A stretch of DNA of 63,893 nucleotides, counting the filler, from Rhabdomonas costata (lineage: Eukaryota), in assembly GCA_019059605.1 (NCBI GenBank). It is 22 parts of 22 records of this genome, joined end to end, with 100 filler letters (N's around TTAATTAATTAA, not from the genome) between each part and the next. Parts side by side here need not be neighbours in the genome. Positions count along the whole stretch, not along the records: positions 37,888 to 40,683 come from JAHMHO010002028.1; positions 40,784 to 43,586 come from JAHMHO010002029.1; positions 43,687 to 46,485 come from JAHMHO010002030.1; positions 46,586 to 49,388 come from JAHMHO010002031.1; positions 49,489 to 52,297 come from JAHMHO010002032.1; positions 52,398 to 55,196 come from JAHMHO010002033.1; 16 more parts are not named here. The stretch is one strand, 5' to 3'. Position numbers and translations under genes: made by a program. A model generated the notes under the pieces. The model was not told where the DNA came from, did no database searches, and saw only the letters and a program-made list of their open reading frames with translations. This document shows, one piece after another, positions 39,260 through 52,451 of the stretch. Numbering within the stretch: position 1 is the first letter of the stretch; every line of letters begins with the position of its first letter.

Positions 39260-40618
39260 TCACAGCCGATCCCACTCCTTGTCCACGTCAAAGGGGCGCA
39301 CAAGCCATTCCCCAAACGACTCCAAGGCTTTCGGGCCTCGAACCTGCAGAGAAGCCGACACATCTCCAAACATTCCGAATATAGTCAACGTTCACTAGAA
39401 ACTAGAAACTTACCCTCAAAATAAAGTACCTCGCTCCCGAGCAATGGCAGCTTCACAATGTGAAAGCCCTCGTACAACTCCTCCACCTGTTCCAGGTATT
39501 TTCCCTGGATCTTTGTTCGTGCCTGGCACATCTTGCACGGCGGTGCTGTGACCGATAAAGTGATGCAGAGTAGTCCACGACAGCGCGTGCATTGTTTCGA
39601 CTTTCCATCTCGTAGGGTGTCAGTTGGCAGGTGAGCAAAGAACGAACCCCAATCCCACACCCCAACACGCGAAATCACAAAACAGGAACAATCCCACAGC
39701 TCTACAACCTATCTCTTCGAACCAAGAAAACGCGGAGTTGCTAATGCCGGCAAAAAAGCCAGGAGAGAAAAAGGCCACCATTTAGCGAATCACACCGGTT
39801 ACTCCACTTCCTTCAAGGAAGGCCCCCGACAGAGAAAGATTCAGGATACCATGCAAAGTTCAAACAAGATCCTAGCGCCAATTATTGGGTTTCAGCACCA
39901 CAACCACCAAAAGAAAACACCGATGGACAAAAAAAACACAAAAAAAATGGATTGCGAGACCGGCACCACACCACAATCTGGCCTTAGAACCAACTGGTTC
40001 ACACAGACGTGATCTACCCCAATGCCGTACTTCGACAGCTCCTGGAACACAACAGAAAGCAACTCCATTCTGGCAAAATTGATCTCCAACTGGGTAAGGA
40101 ATTCAATATGTTAACAACCACACCTGAATGAGTCGCTCTGTTTCGTACACTGAAAGAAACTCGGGAATGCAAACGCAGACAAAGGTTGTCCGGTTCTGGA
40201 GAGAAAAGGAGAAAGTGCACAGGTAATAATACACGCCCAAAGAACAGTGCCACGCAACGCATAAAAACCAGGCATATACGTTGGCTTGGAACTGCTCCTG
40301 GATACTCCGCACGCTCTCTCGAGCAGCCTGAGCCTTCTCTTTGACAGAATCCGCGGAGATCCCAGTAACCCCGCTCACCGCCGACGCCGCCTGCGGATTC
40401 ATGGAACACCACTAATCTTCGGAATATAGCAGGGGGAAGAGGAGAGAATGACTGGCGGGTCAGCAGCAACCTGTTGCAGCAGTCCGCTCAAGCCCTGGTT
40501 GCCGACAACCTTGTCAATCGTGCTGTTCAGCAAATGAGGAAATGAAAGCAGTCTCAGAGTGTGGCCCGTGGGAGCAGTGTCGAAGACTACCACGTCGTAG
40601 TCCATCTTCTGTACTCTC
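39260..40618 (-). CDS. GET3: GET3/ASNA1 (ArsA-like) ATPase, 3' part
   Basis: Exons 40618-40471, 40390-40280, 40195-40124, 40041-~39972, 39545-39430, 39343-39260. Motifs [43 protein letters not shown] dimerisation motif, [10 protein letters not shown]. Confidence 0.96.
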
Positions 40619-43039
40619 CTGATCGTATGAATACAGCAAGCTTAGCGTTTCGAAGACGCTTCTTAGAGAGGATAAACAACACCNNNNNNNNNNNNNNNNN
40701 NNNNNNNNNNNNNNNNNNNNNNNNNNNTTAATTAATTAANNNNNNNNNNNNNNNNNNNNNNNNNNNNNNNNNNNNNNNNNNNNATTCAGGCTACCTATCA
40801 ACAGCTTGGAGAGATAGCAGAGCAAAGTAGGGCCAATGGAGAGACCGGTGGCCGATAGAGTGAAAGTGGTGGAAGACGCCTGGTGAGACAGAGAGCCATG
40901 CTACTGGATGGACGCCTAATGGAATGGGAAGGCGTGCACACGACAGTACTGCAGCAACTGAGGTGGTACTTTTCGGAGTTTTTCATAGAAAGAATGATGC
41001 ATTCACAGAGTTTCACAGGTGAAAGAGACAAAGAGGCCGAAATTTCAGAATATTTTTACAGATGAGGCCTCAGCGGATGCAGAATGAGAAGACCCACAGT
41101 GTAACGATGATGATAATAATACCATGAGGGCCATGCAGAGTACAGAGATGTGGTAGAGTTGCAGATAGTGTGGTGGTGTGAACGCTGCAGAGTTGCACAG
41201 GACATGGTGTGTGTGCAGTCGTGTTCCCATTCCATCTGTGAAAGGCATAAGCGGCGAGACCCGCCCAGCAGAACCTTCCAACAACCCAGAAGATGTGAGC
41301 TCTAGGGCACGACAATTCGACGCCACCTGTGTCCATAGCAGCATCTCACTCCCACCCTCACCCATCATTTGCAGAAGCTTTGTCACCAAATGTTTCCAGA
41401 TTCCAAACATGTTTGGTGAAGGCAAGTTGTCGGCGCCACACCATTTCATAAAGGCGACTCTCGAGGAAAGCAGCTCCACAGCGAACCCCAGGAGTTCACC
41501 TATGTAAGTCGATGCAGCGCCCACATTGGGAAATCAATGTCTGGATACAGTGAAAAGCGCGCTGGATCCGGAGGCACTTCTTTTCGGAGGTGGGGCGACA
41601 AAAATAAAATCCTTTGCGGGTAGATTATTTCCTAGGAACCTTTAACTTTCTATTTGTCAAACTCCGCCATAAAACATCCAGTCTTTGACAAAATTACATT
41701 TTATCGCAAAAGGGGACCAACAAAAGCCAGCGTACAACAAAGGCTCAAAGCACAGGCTCGGCAAGTAAAAGTTAAAACACCCACTTTCAACCATTTGAGG
41801 TAGTAAGATCCGCTTTCTCTTTTCATGATTCTGGTGTCTTTTGCTAATTTCGGTGTTTGGAGGATTCGACGTAGGCATCGAAATGCCGGATGCTATCAGA
41901 CACGTTCATACAGAATTTATTGTCGAATTTAATGTGATACAGTTCTGGGAAAAAATCCTCGCGAAGAGCAGCATGGATGAAGAAGAAGGATGGAGTGAGA
42001 CCCAACGCGCAATACAACAAAACCATTTCGAAGTTTGGCGTGGTTTTTTTCGTTACGTTTAAACGCTCAATCCCAACAACAGCGTCAGTTTTTGCGTCCG
42101 GCGTGCGCACCGAGAGCCTTCATTGGTATTTGCGGGCCGACGCCGAAAATAAAAGTTTCTACCATCGGACTATTTCATGTTGTTATACTGCATCGTACCG
42201 CTATCCAGGTTTATTCTCCAAAACGTCCGGTTATTTATCTTTCCCGCTATCAGCTTTATAGTAGCTATAGCCGCCGCTGCCGTGACCAAAGTAACGAAGC
42301 CTGTTCGGTGACAGGAGGTGAAGTGCCATGTCGGGACCACGGTGTGACGGATTAGGACCTCAGCTGGTAAACGGCACACCGCCTCAGAGGATTTTTGGGG
42401 GGGTTGACCCGAAGAAAGATTAACAATCAAACTTTAATTTGGTTTCATGACAAATCAACTAACACACACTATTTAGAACGCACAAGAAGTATAAAAGAAA
42501 ACCCAATTTTCTTGGGGCTTTGCCCCGTGGTTCTCCTTCCCTCTAGCTCATTTGGGACCAGAAGGGCCTTGGAAAAGACGAAGTCGAAGGCAACAAACGG
42601 GGTGACCATCAAAATGGTGCACAGCGTACCACAGAGCACGAATCAAGCGACAGCACAGCCAACGATTAAAAGGGAACCGCTTTGACCGATTGACTTGATT
42701 GATTTGACCGCTGATTCCCGCGCCGGTACCACCATACCCCGGTGGGCCAGAATCCTTTGCCCCAAGGGCGGTTGCCAGGAATGAAGGGCGGCTTCATCCG
42801 AATGGCGACGCTGTGGGGGGATTTTATCCCGATCCCTTGTGGAGGATTGGACATAGCAGCGGTCCGCATCCCTCGGTCTTAGTTTCCGGGTTTCCGGGCG
42901 GAGCAGCCACCCCGGTAGCCGGTTACCAAGCCGGTTCGTGAAAGACATCAGTTTAGGAGGAACTATTGGAGTGAGCGACGACCTGGTTAACTAAGCGATG
43001 AGATGCGCAGCATCGACGAAGCGAATACCAGCCAGCAAA

Positions 43040-43586
43040 AGCACTACGTACAAGCGCCACACACTGATACACCAAGAGAGCAAGAAGGAAGCCACACTGA
43101 CACTGACACTGACACCAACATCGACAGGAGACACAACATGCACCTTACCACCACATTCCATAACCTGAGCCCCAACCTGTGACACCGTGACACCAACACC
43201 CTACGCAACACCAACTGCAGAAAGAACACCACCAACACTTGGGAAAGACACAGCATCAACACTCCAACCCAATCCAACTCCAGACACAGACCCTGACACA
43301 TACCGTGACACATACACAGTAGCGCACAAAGAAGCAGCACTGACACCAGACACAGCAACGGAGACACAACCAGACACAGCAACCGAAGCAGAAGCAATAC
43401 CTTGACACAACGCACCCTCCAACAACGCACTCTTACCCAACGTACGACCTGCGGACCCCACACCCACTGACCCACCACAACCAACGCAACGTACGACTCC
43501 GACCCCACTACGCACACCAACCCCTACTCCTACAGCATCAGCGCCCACACAGATTCCTACTACACAACCAACGCCACAACCACCCC
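43040..43586 (+). repeat. Strand-asymmetric C/A-rich low-complexity tract
   Basis: Degenerate ACACC/GACAC units; T/P/D-rich translation interrupted by stops. Confidence 0.7.
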
Positions 43587-43841
43587 NNNNNNNNNNNNNN
43601 NNNNNNNNNNNNNNNNNNNNNNNNNNNNNNTTAATTAATTAANNNNNNNNNNNNNNNNNNNNNNNNNNNNNNNNNNNNNNNNNNNNACGTATGGGTGGCT
43701 GCGGGGACGCGGCTATGTGTTGATGGGCACGAAAACCGAGGTAGAATTCGCTATTGAGGTCTGAAGGGCCTCCTGGTGAATTGCTCCTAAACGGTCGGAG
43801 AGTTCATGACAGTGATGTCTCGTACACACGTGTCTCTGCAG

Positions 43842-45947
43842 AAACCGACGATGGTGAACGAGCTGTGCGGGCAGGGCGTCACCCAAGTCGCCGGCGGGCG
43901 GGGTTTCAGCATGTGCTGCACCGCAGATGGCGAGGCCGCGGTGTGGGGAACCAACACTCTGGCCGGCACCCTCGGCCTGCTGGGCGAGCAGAAGCGAAAA
44001 AGGGTGCCCGCATGCGTAGAATGTGTCTGTGGATGTGCCGCTCTTTGCGGAATCGCGCTGCCGCTGGAGTAATTTTGTAGCACCCAAGTAATACAGCGTG
44101 CGCTCGCGTTTACTTGATTCGCATAGCAGGGAAGCTGTGAGAAGAAAGGAATGAAAATACTCGCTTCGTTTCCTCCAGTTCGAGCCCAAGGTTCTGGAGG
44201 TGCTTTCGGACAAGCACATCACCATGGTGGCCTGTGGGGGATGGCATCACCTTGCCATGGCCGATCCTGCCCGCTCCAAGGGGCCGGAGGAGCTGACCAT
44301 TCCCGAGAAGGTGGCTCCTCAACACTCTCTTCCTATCCCTATCCCTCGTCAGCAGTGTGATCGTGTCGGAGAAGAACGATTGGCCAGTGACACGCGCAAT
44401 TACGGTTTTTAGGTCGGTGTGAGATGTTTATCCACCTCTTCTGTTGATAGGCGTGGCCGCGGGCGGCCCTTCTCGCTGCGACTTTTCAGAAGTTGTGCGT
44501 TGAGTCTGAAATATGCAACGCTCGAACCCATGCTTGACTACCCAATCCAACCCACACACGTATTGTTGAGGTATGCATTAGCGTTTTCATGCCCTTCCAC
44601 AGCATTTCAAAAGTAATATGGGTTGGTGTTCAGCGATAGAACAGAAAATGGACGAGGGGGAATTAGCACTGCTTGATCACTGCGACCAATTCAACCACTC
44701 TTTTCTTATATCCGAGGCATTCTACGTCTTTTTTACTCCTATTCAAAAGGGTCGAGTGGTGAAGGTCGGGGGCTTCACCTCGAAGCCCAAGAACTTTGAG
44801 GAGATGGTGACGAAGTTCCGCCAACGGTGCGCCCAAGAGCGCGCAACGGTAGGGGGCATCGTTGCGGCCTCCGCAACGGCCCCGGCCCCTGCAGTGGCAG
44901 CGTCCGGATCACAGTCATCTGTGGCCTCAAAGAAGGGGAAGGCCAAGGCAGAGGCTGAGTCCGAGGCGGCGCCCAAGGCGAAGAAGGCCAAAGCTCAGGT
45001 TTGGGGAAGCCCCAGGAGAATCGCAGAGCAGAGCTTTGAATTTGAAAACTTGAGCTTGTCTTTCGGCTTGTGTTCGTCGATGGGTTCCTAAGCTTAGCAG
45101 TTGCGTTCTGCGCATCCTCTCACGCTCCTGCATTTTTTGCATTCAGGATCGCTTCGTCATCGCACTTCCCAGAAACGCATGGTTGCTCTCAATTTCGGTT
45201 GCTGCTGTGCCAGCATTTCGGGTATATCAGTTCTGATCTGGTCCTTGATCATCACCATTCACTGATATTCATCCTTTGCCCCAATGGGTCTGCATGGAAC
45301 TTAGACACCGCTGAGGCTGAAGATCAGTTGCCGTTAAGAATGCAACTTTTGTTGGCTGTGGCATATTGTGATTTCGGCGGGTTCTCTGCCTCTCTTCAGG
45401 CAAAGCCTGCGGCGGCTTCCGCCACGGCGTCTGAGGTGAAGGTGGGCTCTCGAGTGCAGGTGCGCGGTCATACATCTTTAATTCTGCCGAGAGGCTAAAC
45501 TTTCCGATTGGGTGAGGTGCAAAGACCAGGCTTCTCAAACAGAGCCACGCATGTCATCGTATTTCAGTGGATAAACCAGGGCCTGGGCGAGAGAAAGCTG
45601 GTGTTGCTCTGCATAGAAGCATAGGCATGGATTAATATGAACATAAGTTAGGAAGCAAGATGAGAAGGAACGAATGGGGATGACTATGACGCTCCGAGGT
45701 TTCATTTAGCTCCTCTTTTTCTTTTTTTTTTTCGGTGTTGGTTGTTGTCTCCTGTGTGTAGGTTTGGTTTGAGGACTGCTATGTCGCGGGAACAGTGGCC
45801 AGCAAGGCCCGAGGGAAGCACAAGTTTGTAGTACGGTGGGAGAAGGAGGGCTGGGGCGAGAGCCCCGTGGAGCTCAAGCCCGAGGACCAAACTGAGGACC
45901 CTCAGAACATCGAGCGGTGGCAGCTCTTGGCGCAGCCGTCGTCCTGA
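43842..45947 (+). CDS. RCC1-repeat protein with C-terminal Tudor-like domain, 3' part
   Basis: Exons 43842-44003, 44179-44310, 44750-44998, 45400-45459, 45762-45947. RCC1 blades VTQVAGGRGFS...VWG...GTLG and ITMVACGGWHHLA, then a K/A-rich linker, then VKVGSRVQVWFEDCYVAGTV...KFVVRWE...ERWQLL*. Confidence 0.85.
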
Positions 45948-46701
45948 GCGGCTGTGGCCTTTGGTGCTGGAGTGCAAGCTTGCGGTCTAGGACGACCACA
46001 TCTAGACTGGGCATTGGATGCGTTAGGTCGTGATCATGAAATGTGCCTTCTCGGTCATGGTTTGACTAGACGTAGGAGCCCGGGCAGTTTTGGAATATTT
46101 GCAGGCAGTCGCTTTCTCGTTTCCTGCGAGATTCAAACCGGAATTCTTCCGTATCATTGCAGCGCTGGAACCGACTTTCAATCCCGTGCGATTTCTCTTT
46201 TTGTTACCATTCCTGACATGGTCCTGGTGCCTGCATTAGATCTTGTGCGTTTGCTACACAGACACATCAATTAGAATGGCTGTACGACCAAAAGCAAGCG
46301 AAAGCAAGCTCAATGGCTCAAATTCCACCCTCAGGTCAGTCCTTGCTTACCTGTGGAGTATTGGCTCCTTCACTTCGATCGCTTGCTTTCCTGCAGAGCT
46401 TTCTTTCAGATTCCAATATTCTACTCGAAATTTTCGGTGTCGTCCTGAACCCCTTGTATTTTTCAACTATCTTCTCCCAAACCCCNNNNNNNNNNNNNNN
46501 NNNNNNNNNNNNNNNNNNNNNNNNNNNNNTTAATTAATTAANNNNNNNNNNNNNNNNNNNNNNNNNNNNNNNNNNNNNNNNNNNNTGTTGTTTTTAGAGC
46601 AGTTCTGAGTTTACGGCACCGACAAATTCCAATACATTCTGATGCCCGAAATCAAGATTTTGGGGAACCGAAAAGAAAACATGAAAGCTGGATACGCAGA
46701 C

Positions 46702-47847
<1,146 letters not shown>

Positions 47848-49676
47848 GGCAATAAACCTGAAAGCGACCTAAAAAAAAGAGAAAGGGATTAAAAAATGGC
47901 GCTTGACTCAAGGCGGTTAAAGACTTGTCAGACGGTGGACTATTTTTTAAACAATTATTTGACACCAACCACGGAAACAAACGGCAGCTCACAGTGACAT
48001 TAACCGAAAGCATTGGGTGGGTCACGGCGCGCCCCTTGTTCGCGCACTCTCCTGATATAATTCTTCTTCACAACAAAAAAGACCCATGAAGTCACTTTTC
48101 CATTTTATGCGAAGAAATCAAGTTACCAAAACATCTCCAAATTGCCATTCACATATCGCATCTACAGCTCCAGCCTAACGCGAACCCATTGACCGTGCTC
48201 CTCCGAAGCGTGTGTATGCGTATGCTGGGGTGCGTCTTGAAATTCTACTTCCCTCCGAGGAGGTGCACATCGATTGCTCGATGTTTAAATTCGCGAAATG
48301 AATGAAGTTTCAGTCTCGCGGGCGAGCCACTTGGACAACGTCCCCGCATCTTGCGCTGCAGCGTGGATCGTTGTGTGAGTCAACTCGCACCACCACCGCA
48401 CCTCCAACAGTCAGATTGTGGGGTGGTGATGTTGGAGGAGGGAGGGAGTGAAAGAGAAACACTAAAGAGTAATTGCAGTTGTCGTGCCGGTGAAGGAGTG
48501 TAAGGGGGAGAGATGATGTGGGGAAGGCGGATGAGCACAGCTTCAGGTTCACAAATGAAAAGGGAACAACAGAGAACGGAGGTGGCTGCCATGTGTGAAA
48601 GCCGATATCCACCACATTCTCCTATTGCTGCCAAGTTTTCCTGCAGAATACAGAATACAAAGATATGGAATAGCTTAAACCTACCAGCCGAAAGTGTTAG
48701 CAGAAACCCTAGCGAAACGGGGAACACTTCAAACACCCTCTGGAACGGCCCAGCTAAGTGGTGGTACACAAAAAGTCCAAATAAGGGTAATGGACAGCTT
48801 CAAACCGAACGGACAGCCAATGATGCATCCGGATATGATGAAATGATGCATGATGCATCCGGATAGCTCGCATCTGAGCGAAAGGCCACTCCTCACGGGT
48901 GTTCCAGGCGGTTGCTGGCAGAACACTCAACACCGGAACCTGATGACTTGCTACTACCAGTGCTTTGAACACAATGAAAGGGTTAGGTTCCCCAGCCCAC
49001 ATTTCGATGGCAAGAAATATATACAGCTATGCCGATAATATCCATGGTGCAAATAGGATGCCCTTCGGAGCTCAGTAGACCTGCTCCATTTTGTCCATTT
49101 GTTCATTTGAAGCATGTATGTGAGGTGGATATCCGCAGCACAGACCCGCAGTGGCTGACATGCACTGAGAGGAGAGTTCATCTAGACGTGGCGATCTGCA
49201 CGTGAATACACAGAAAGAGAATCCAGATTCTCTCCGTGTTCTCACTGCCCTTTCTTGAAGGGCGGAGGGGAAGGGGCACGCGAGCCAGCTTTGCGTGGGC
49301 CCGAATACTTAGACAACGAGGAAGAGGTGGGCAGAAAAGTACCCTCCAAAGCGCGCCTGTATAATGTGACCGTGACAGAAATAAAAACNNNNNNNNNNNN
49401 NNNNNNNNNNNNNNNNNNNNNNNNNNNNNNNNTTAATTAATTAANNNNNNNNNNNNNNNNNNNNNNNNNNNNNNNNNNNNNNNNNNNNGGTGTGCATGCA
49501 GACCCCTTGGACATTCCATCCCCTTGTACGAAATGCTGTAGTTGGAGGTCACGTCTTACCCGTCGTATACTGTAATTTTCGAAGGAAACTGGACGTTTTT
49601 TTTTGCTACAGTGACCAGAAAGCGCTGAGCATAACAAGTTTGGGGAATCAGGAGCAGGTGGGGAGAGGTGGCTCAC

Positions 49677-50200
49677 CTTTGCTGGTGGATCCGGACCAAA
49701 GCGCAGGCCTGCACAAGGCGCAGAGGGCCCGAAGCCCACTGAGTGAGCCTCCGCAGCTGCGCAAGCCGAGCTCGCGCAAAGGCCTGAACCTTGTATTCGG
49801 GCTTCACGACCTGCGAGCGGTCACAGAAGAGGAATGTCTGGGGTGGGCAAAGTTATTTGATCTGCTTTTGAATCAGTCGTATGCACTTGCAATATCCTTG
49901 CACTCAAGGAAAGCGTTGTAGACATGTTCACAGTCTCGACTAGCCACTGCTCCAGGAATACACACGCACTGCAAGCAGTAAAGAAAGAGCGGGCAGGCGG
50001 GTCGGGCGCGGAGCCGACGAGGGAGGGGGGCGAAACCTCCTCGATTGGAAACTGAAAACACGACCATCGCCTGACCTTGAGCTTCACAATGCGCATCAAG
50101 GCATGCCTCTGAGAAGAGACACGTGACGCGCTATGTGCAGGGAGGGGGGGTCGATCGCTCTCCAGTTCACGCAGTGCTTCACGCAGTGCAGGCAATCAGT
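49677..50200 (-). CDS. Unidentified multi-exon gene with IQ-like segments
   Basis: AG/GT-bounded exon 49810-49677 VVKPEYKVQAFARARLAQLRR...LVQACALVRIHQQ; upstream exon candidates ...LEQWLVETV...ARILQ and PALREALRELE...IVKLK. Confidence 0.4.
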
Positions 50201-52451
50201 TAGGGTTGAAAGAAAAGGCCAGAGAGAGTTTTGTGTGACAGAGGGCGGGGACTAAACACCGAAACAAAGAAGCCAAGGTGATCGTGGAGCGAGACACGCG
50301 CGAGCCATTGCGGTTGCGCACTTGAGGCTGCGCACCGAAAGGGGCAAAAGAAAAATCCAATTAAGGCATATCACTGACTGGAATGAGCTGACTGAACTCC
50401 GTTTTTGAAATATTGGTTGAGTTTGGAAAACCCGAAACGCATCAAATGAACTTGCGAAACAGGAAACAGGAAACATGAAACGACTGTGACCAAAGATGCG
50501 CGTACCTCAGCTAAAGATTGGAAGGAGAGCGTGGTCGTGGCGGCAGATTGGCGGCTTATGCTACAGCGCCGGTGGCTCTGAAGAACGAAGCACGGCATAT
50601 CCCTGCTCCTCCCAAAATGCGGCTTCTTTCGGTCGCGGTTAACCAAAAGGAGTCGCAGTCGGTGAGCAGCCACCAAACGCCCGCAGGCATTGATCAAGCC
50701 CGCTACCTATCTCTCCAAAACGAAAGTGCCCACAACCGAAAGAAAAATAGCAAATCGGGACATCGATGCGCGGCGAGGAAGAAGATCAATAAAAATAGAA
50801 AAGCGCTGCAGCCCACCTCAACTGCGGGGTAAAACTTGGGCACGGAGGTGCTCGTCATCATCCGACGGCAGGTGGTGGACGAAGTCCGGTAACGCTGTTT
50901 TTTGTTCACAATTTTAATTTAGGATTTGCCAATAGGAAGGTCAATAGGCAAAGAAAGAAATCAGAGAGAAGCAAGGCAATGGGGATGTAGCTGAAGCGAT
51001 GGGGAATGGATCGACGTCGGGGTGCTGTGGTGGCGAGAGAGGGAGAACTGAGTAAAGAGGAGCCTAATTGAGTTCGAATGCCGGCAGTCCAGATTGGCTA
51101 CAGTACATACGTACATAAAGGCGGGTTTGCTCTTCCATCATCGTTGACTGCATCGGCATCGCTCACAAAGTAGATAAATTTTTCCACAATCCCCCAAACG
51201 GGGGAAAGCATAGGGCATTCGCAAAGACGGATGCCGTTGGAAAGGCAATGCACCCCAGCTGCGCAAAACTCCCGATCGCCGTCCTTCGCACCACACGGAG
51301 AGAGGCTCTAAAACCAAGGAGGGCTCCAGACCTGTACAGGGAAGTCGTAGGACATCGTGCTCAGCGGGACGGCCGGGAGAACACTCTGCACACACACACA
51401 CACCTCACAATCACTAATGGCAAAAGGCATTAGTGAAGCACCGGCATGCACTCGACCACAGTGTGCGCCCGGCGACAAGAGCCGAGGTAAACTTCCACAC
51501 CAACACCGCAGCACGCCTTTAGTGTGGCAGTCGACCCCCAATGCGCACAGTGCAATATCTCAGATCCAGGGAAACATTCCCAGACTGCCCAGGGCTGCAC
51601 CACATGTGTGTTCACGTGTGTTCACGACAGTATGAGCGAGGACGCCCTCCGGTTCCAAATACACCTTATATACGTGCACAAGCGCAAAATCTTCATTATA
51701 AGCTCAAAACCAGTGCCCTCTCCGACGTTACGCGCACCCTAACTTTCCCAAGATAGGAAAAGACGAGCACTGGCTCTGCGGAACGGACAGGACAGCGGAA
51801 GTGACAGCAAAAACGCCCAAAACGGAAAAAAAAACTCGCAGCCACACCACAGTGGCACACGGCTGTGGCCGGGGCCCCACAGAGGCCGAGAGCTGAGGGC
51901 ATAATACCAACGAAAAGCTAACAGGACATGCTGCGCATGTGCGCGGGTGGGGAGATGGATGTGCTTGGGACAGTTAATCCATGTTATTTTAATCAAACGC
52001 AAAACTGAAAGCACCTGACTCCGAAATGCCTGTTCTTTTCGGCTCATTAGTCGTCAGAAAGAAAAAAGAAGCGCGTGGACCTCGGCAAGGGATCAAATAC
52101 CAAGAGGCAAAACCATCCACAATGATACCAATCCTTATCGCTTGGTAGGCGAAGAATAGGAAATCCAAGGAATTTAAGAAAAGCTTTCACCCCCGCTTGC
52201 ACGGTGCTTGACAGCTAAAAGAAAAAAATGAGCATTCTTCCTCAAACTCGGAAATACATAATACAAACCAATTCCAGTATGGACCCCCACCCCACCCNNN
52301 NNNNNNNNNNNNNNNNNNNNNNNNNNNNNNNNNNNNNNNNNTTAATTAATTAANNNNNNNNNNNNNNNNNNNNNNNNNNNNNNNNNNNNNNNNNNNNTGG
52401 GTAGTAAGAGAGTTGACGCTAATTTGCGTTAAATGATATGAGGCACGCATG

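Noticed and set aside
42884..42912. SRP RNA helix 8 (GGAGCAG)
   Set aside because: No CAGG...GNRA loop and no recognisable Alu domain.
48820..48878. Box C/D snoRNA (ATGATGA...CTGA)
   Set aside because: Explained by a local duplication of ATGATGCATCCGGATA; no terminal stem or recognisable guide.
51040..51095. tRNA from GTTCGAAT
   Set aside because: No T-stem or cloverleaf.
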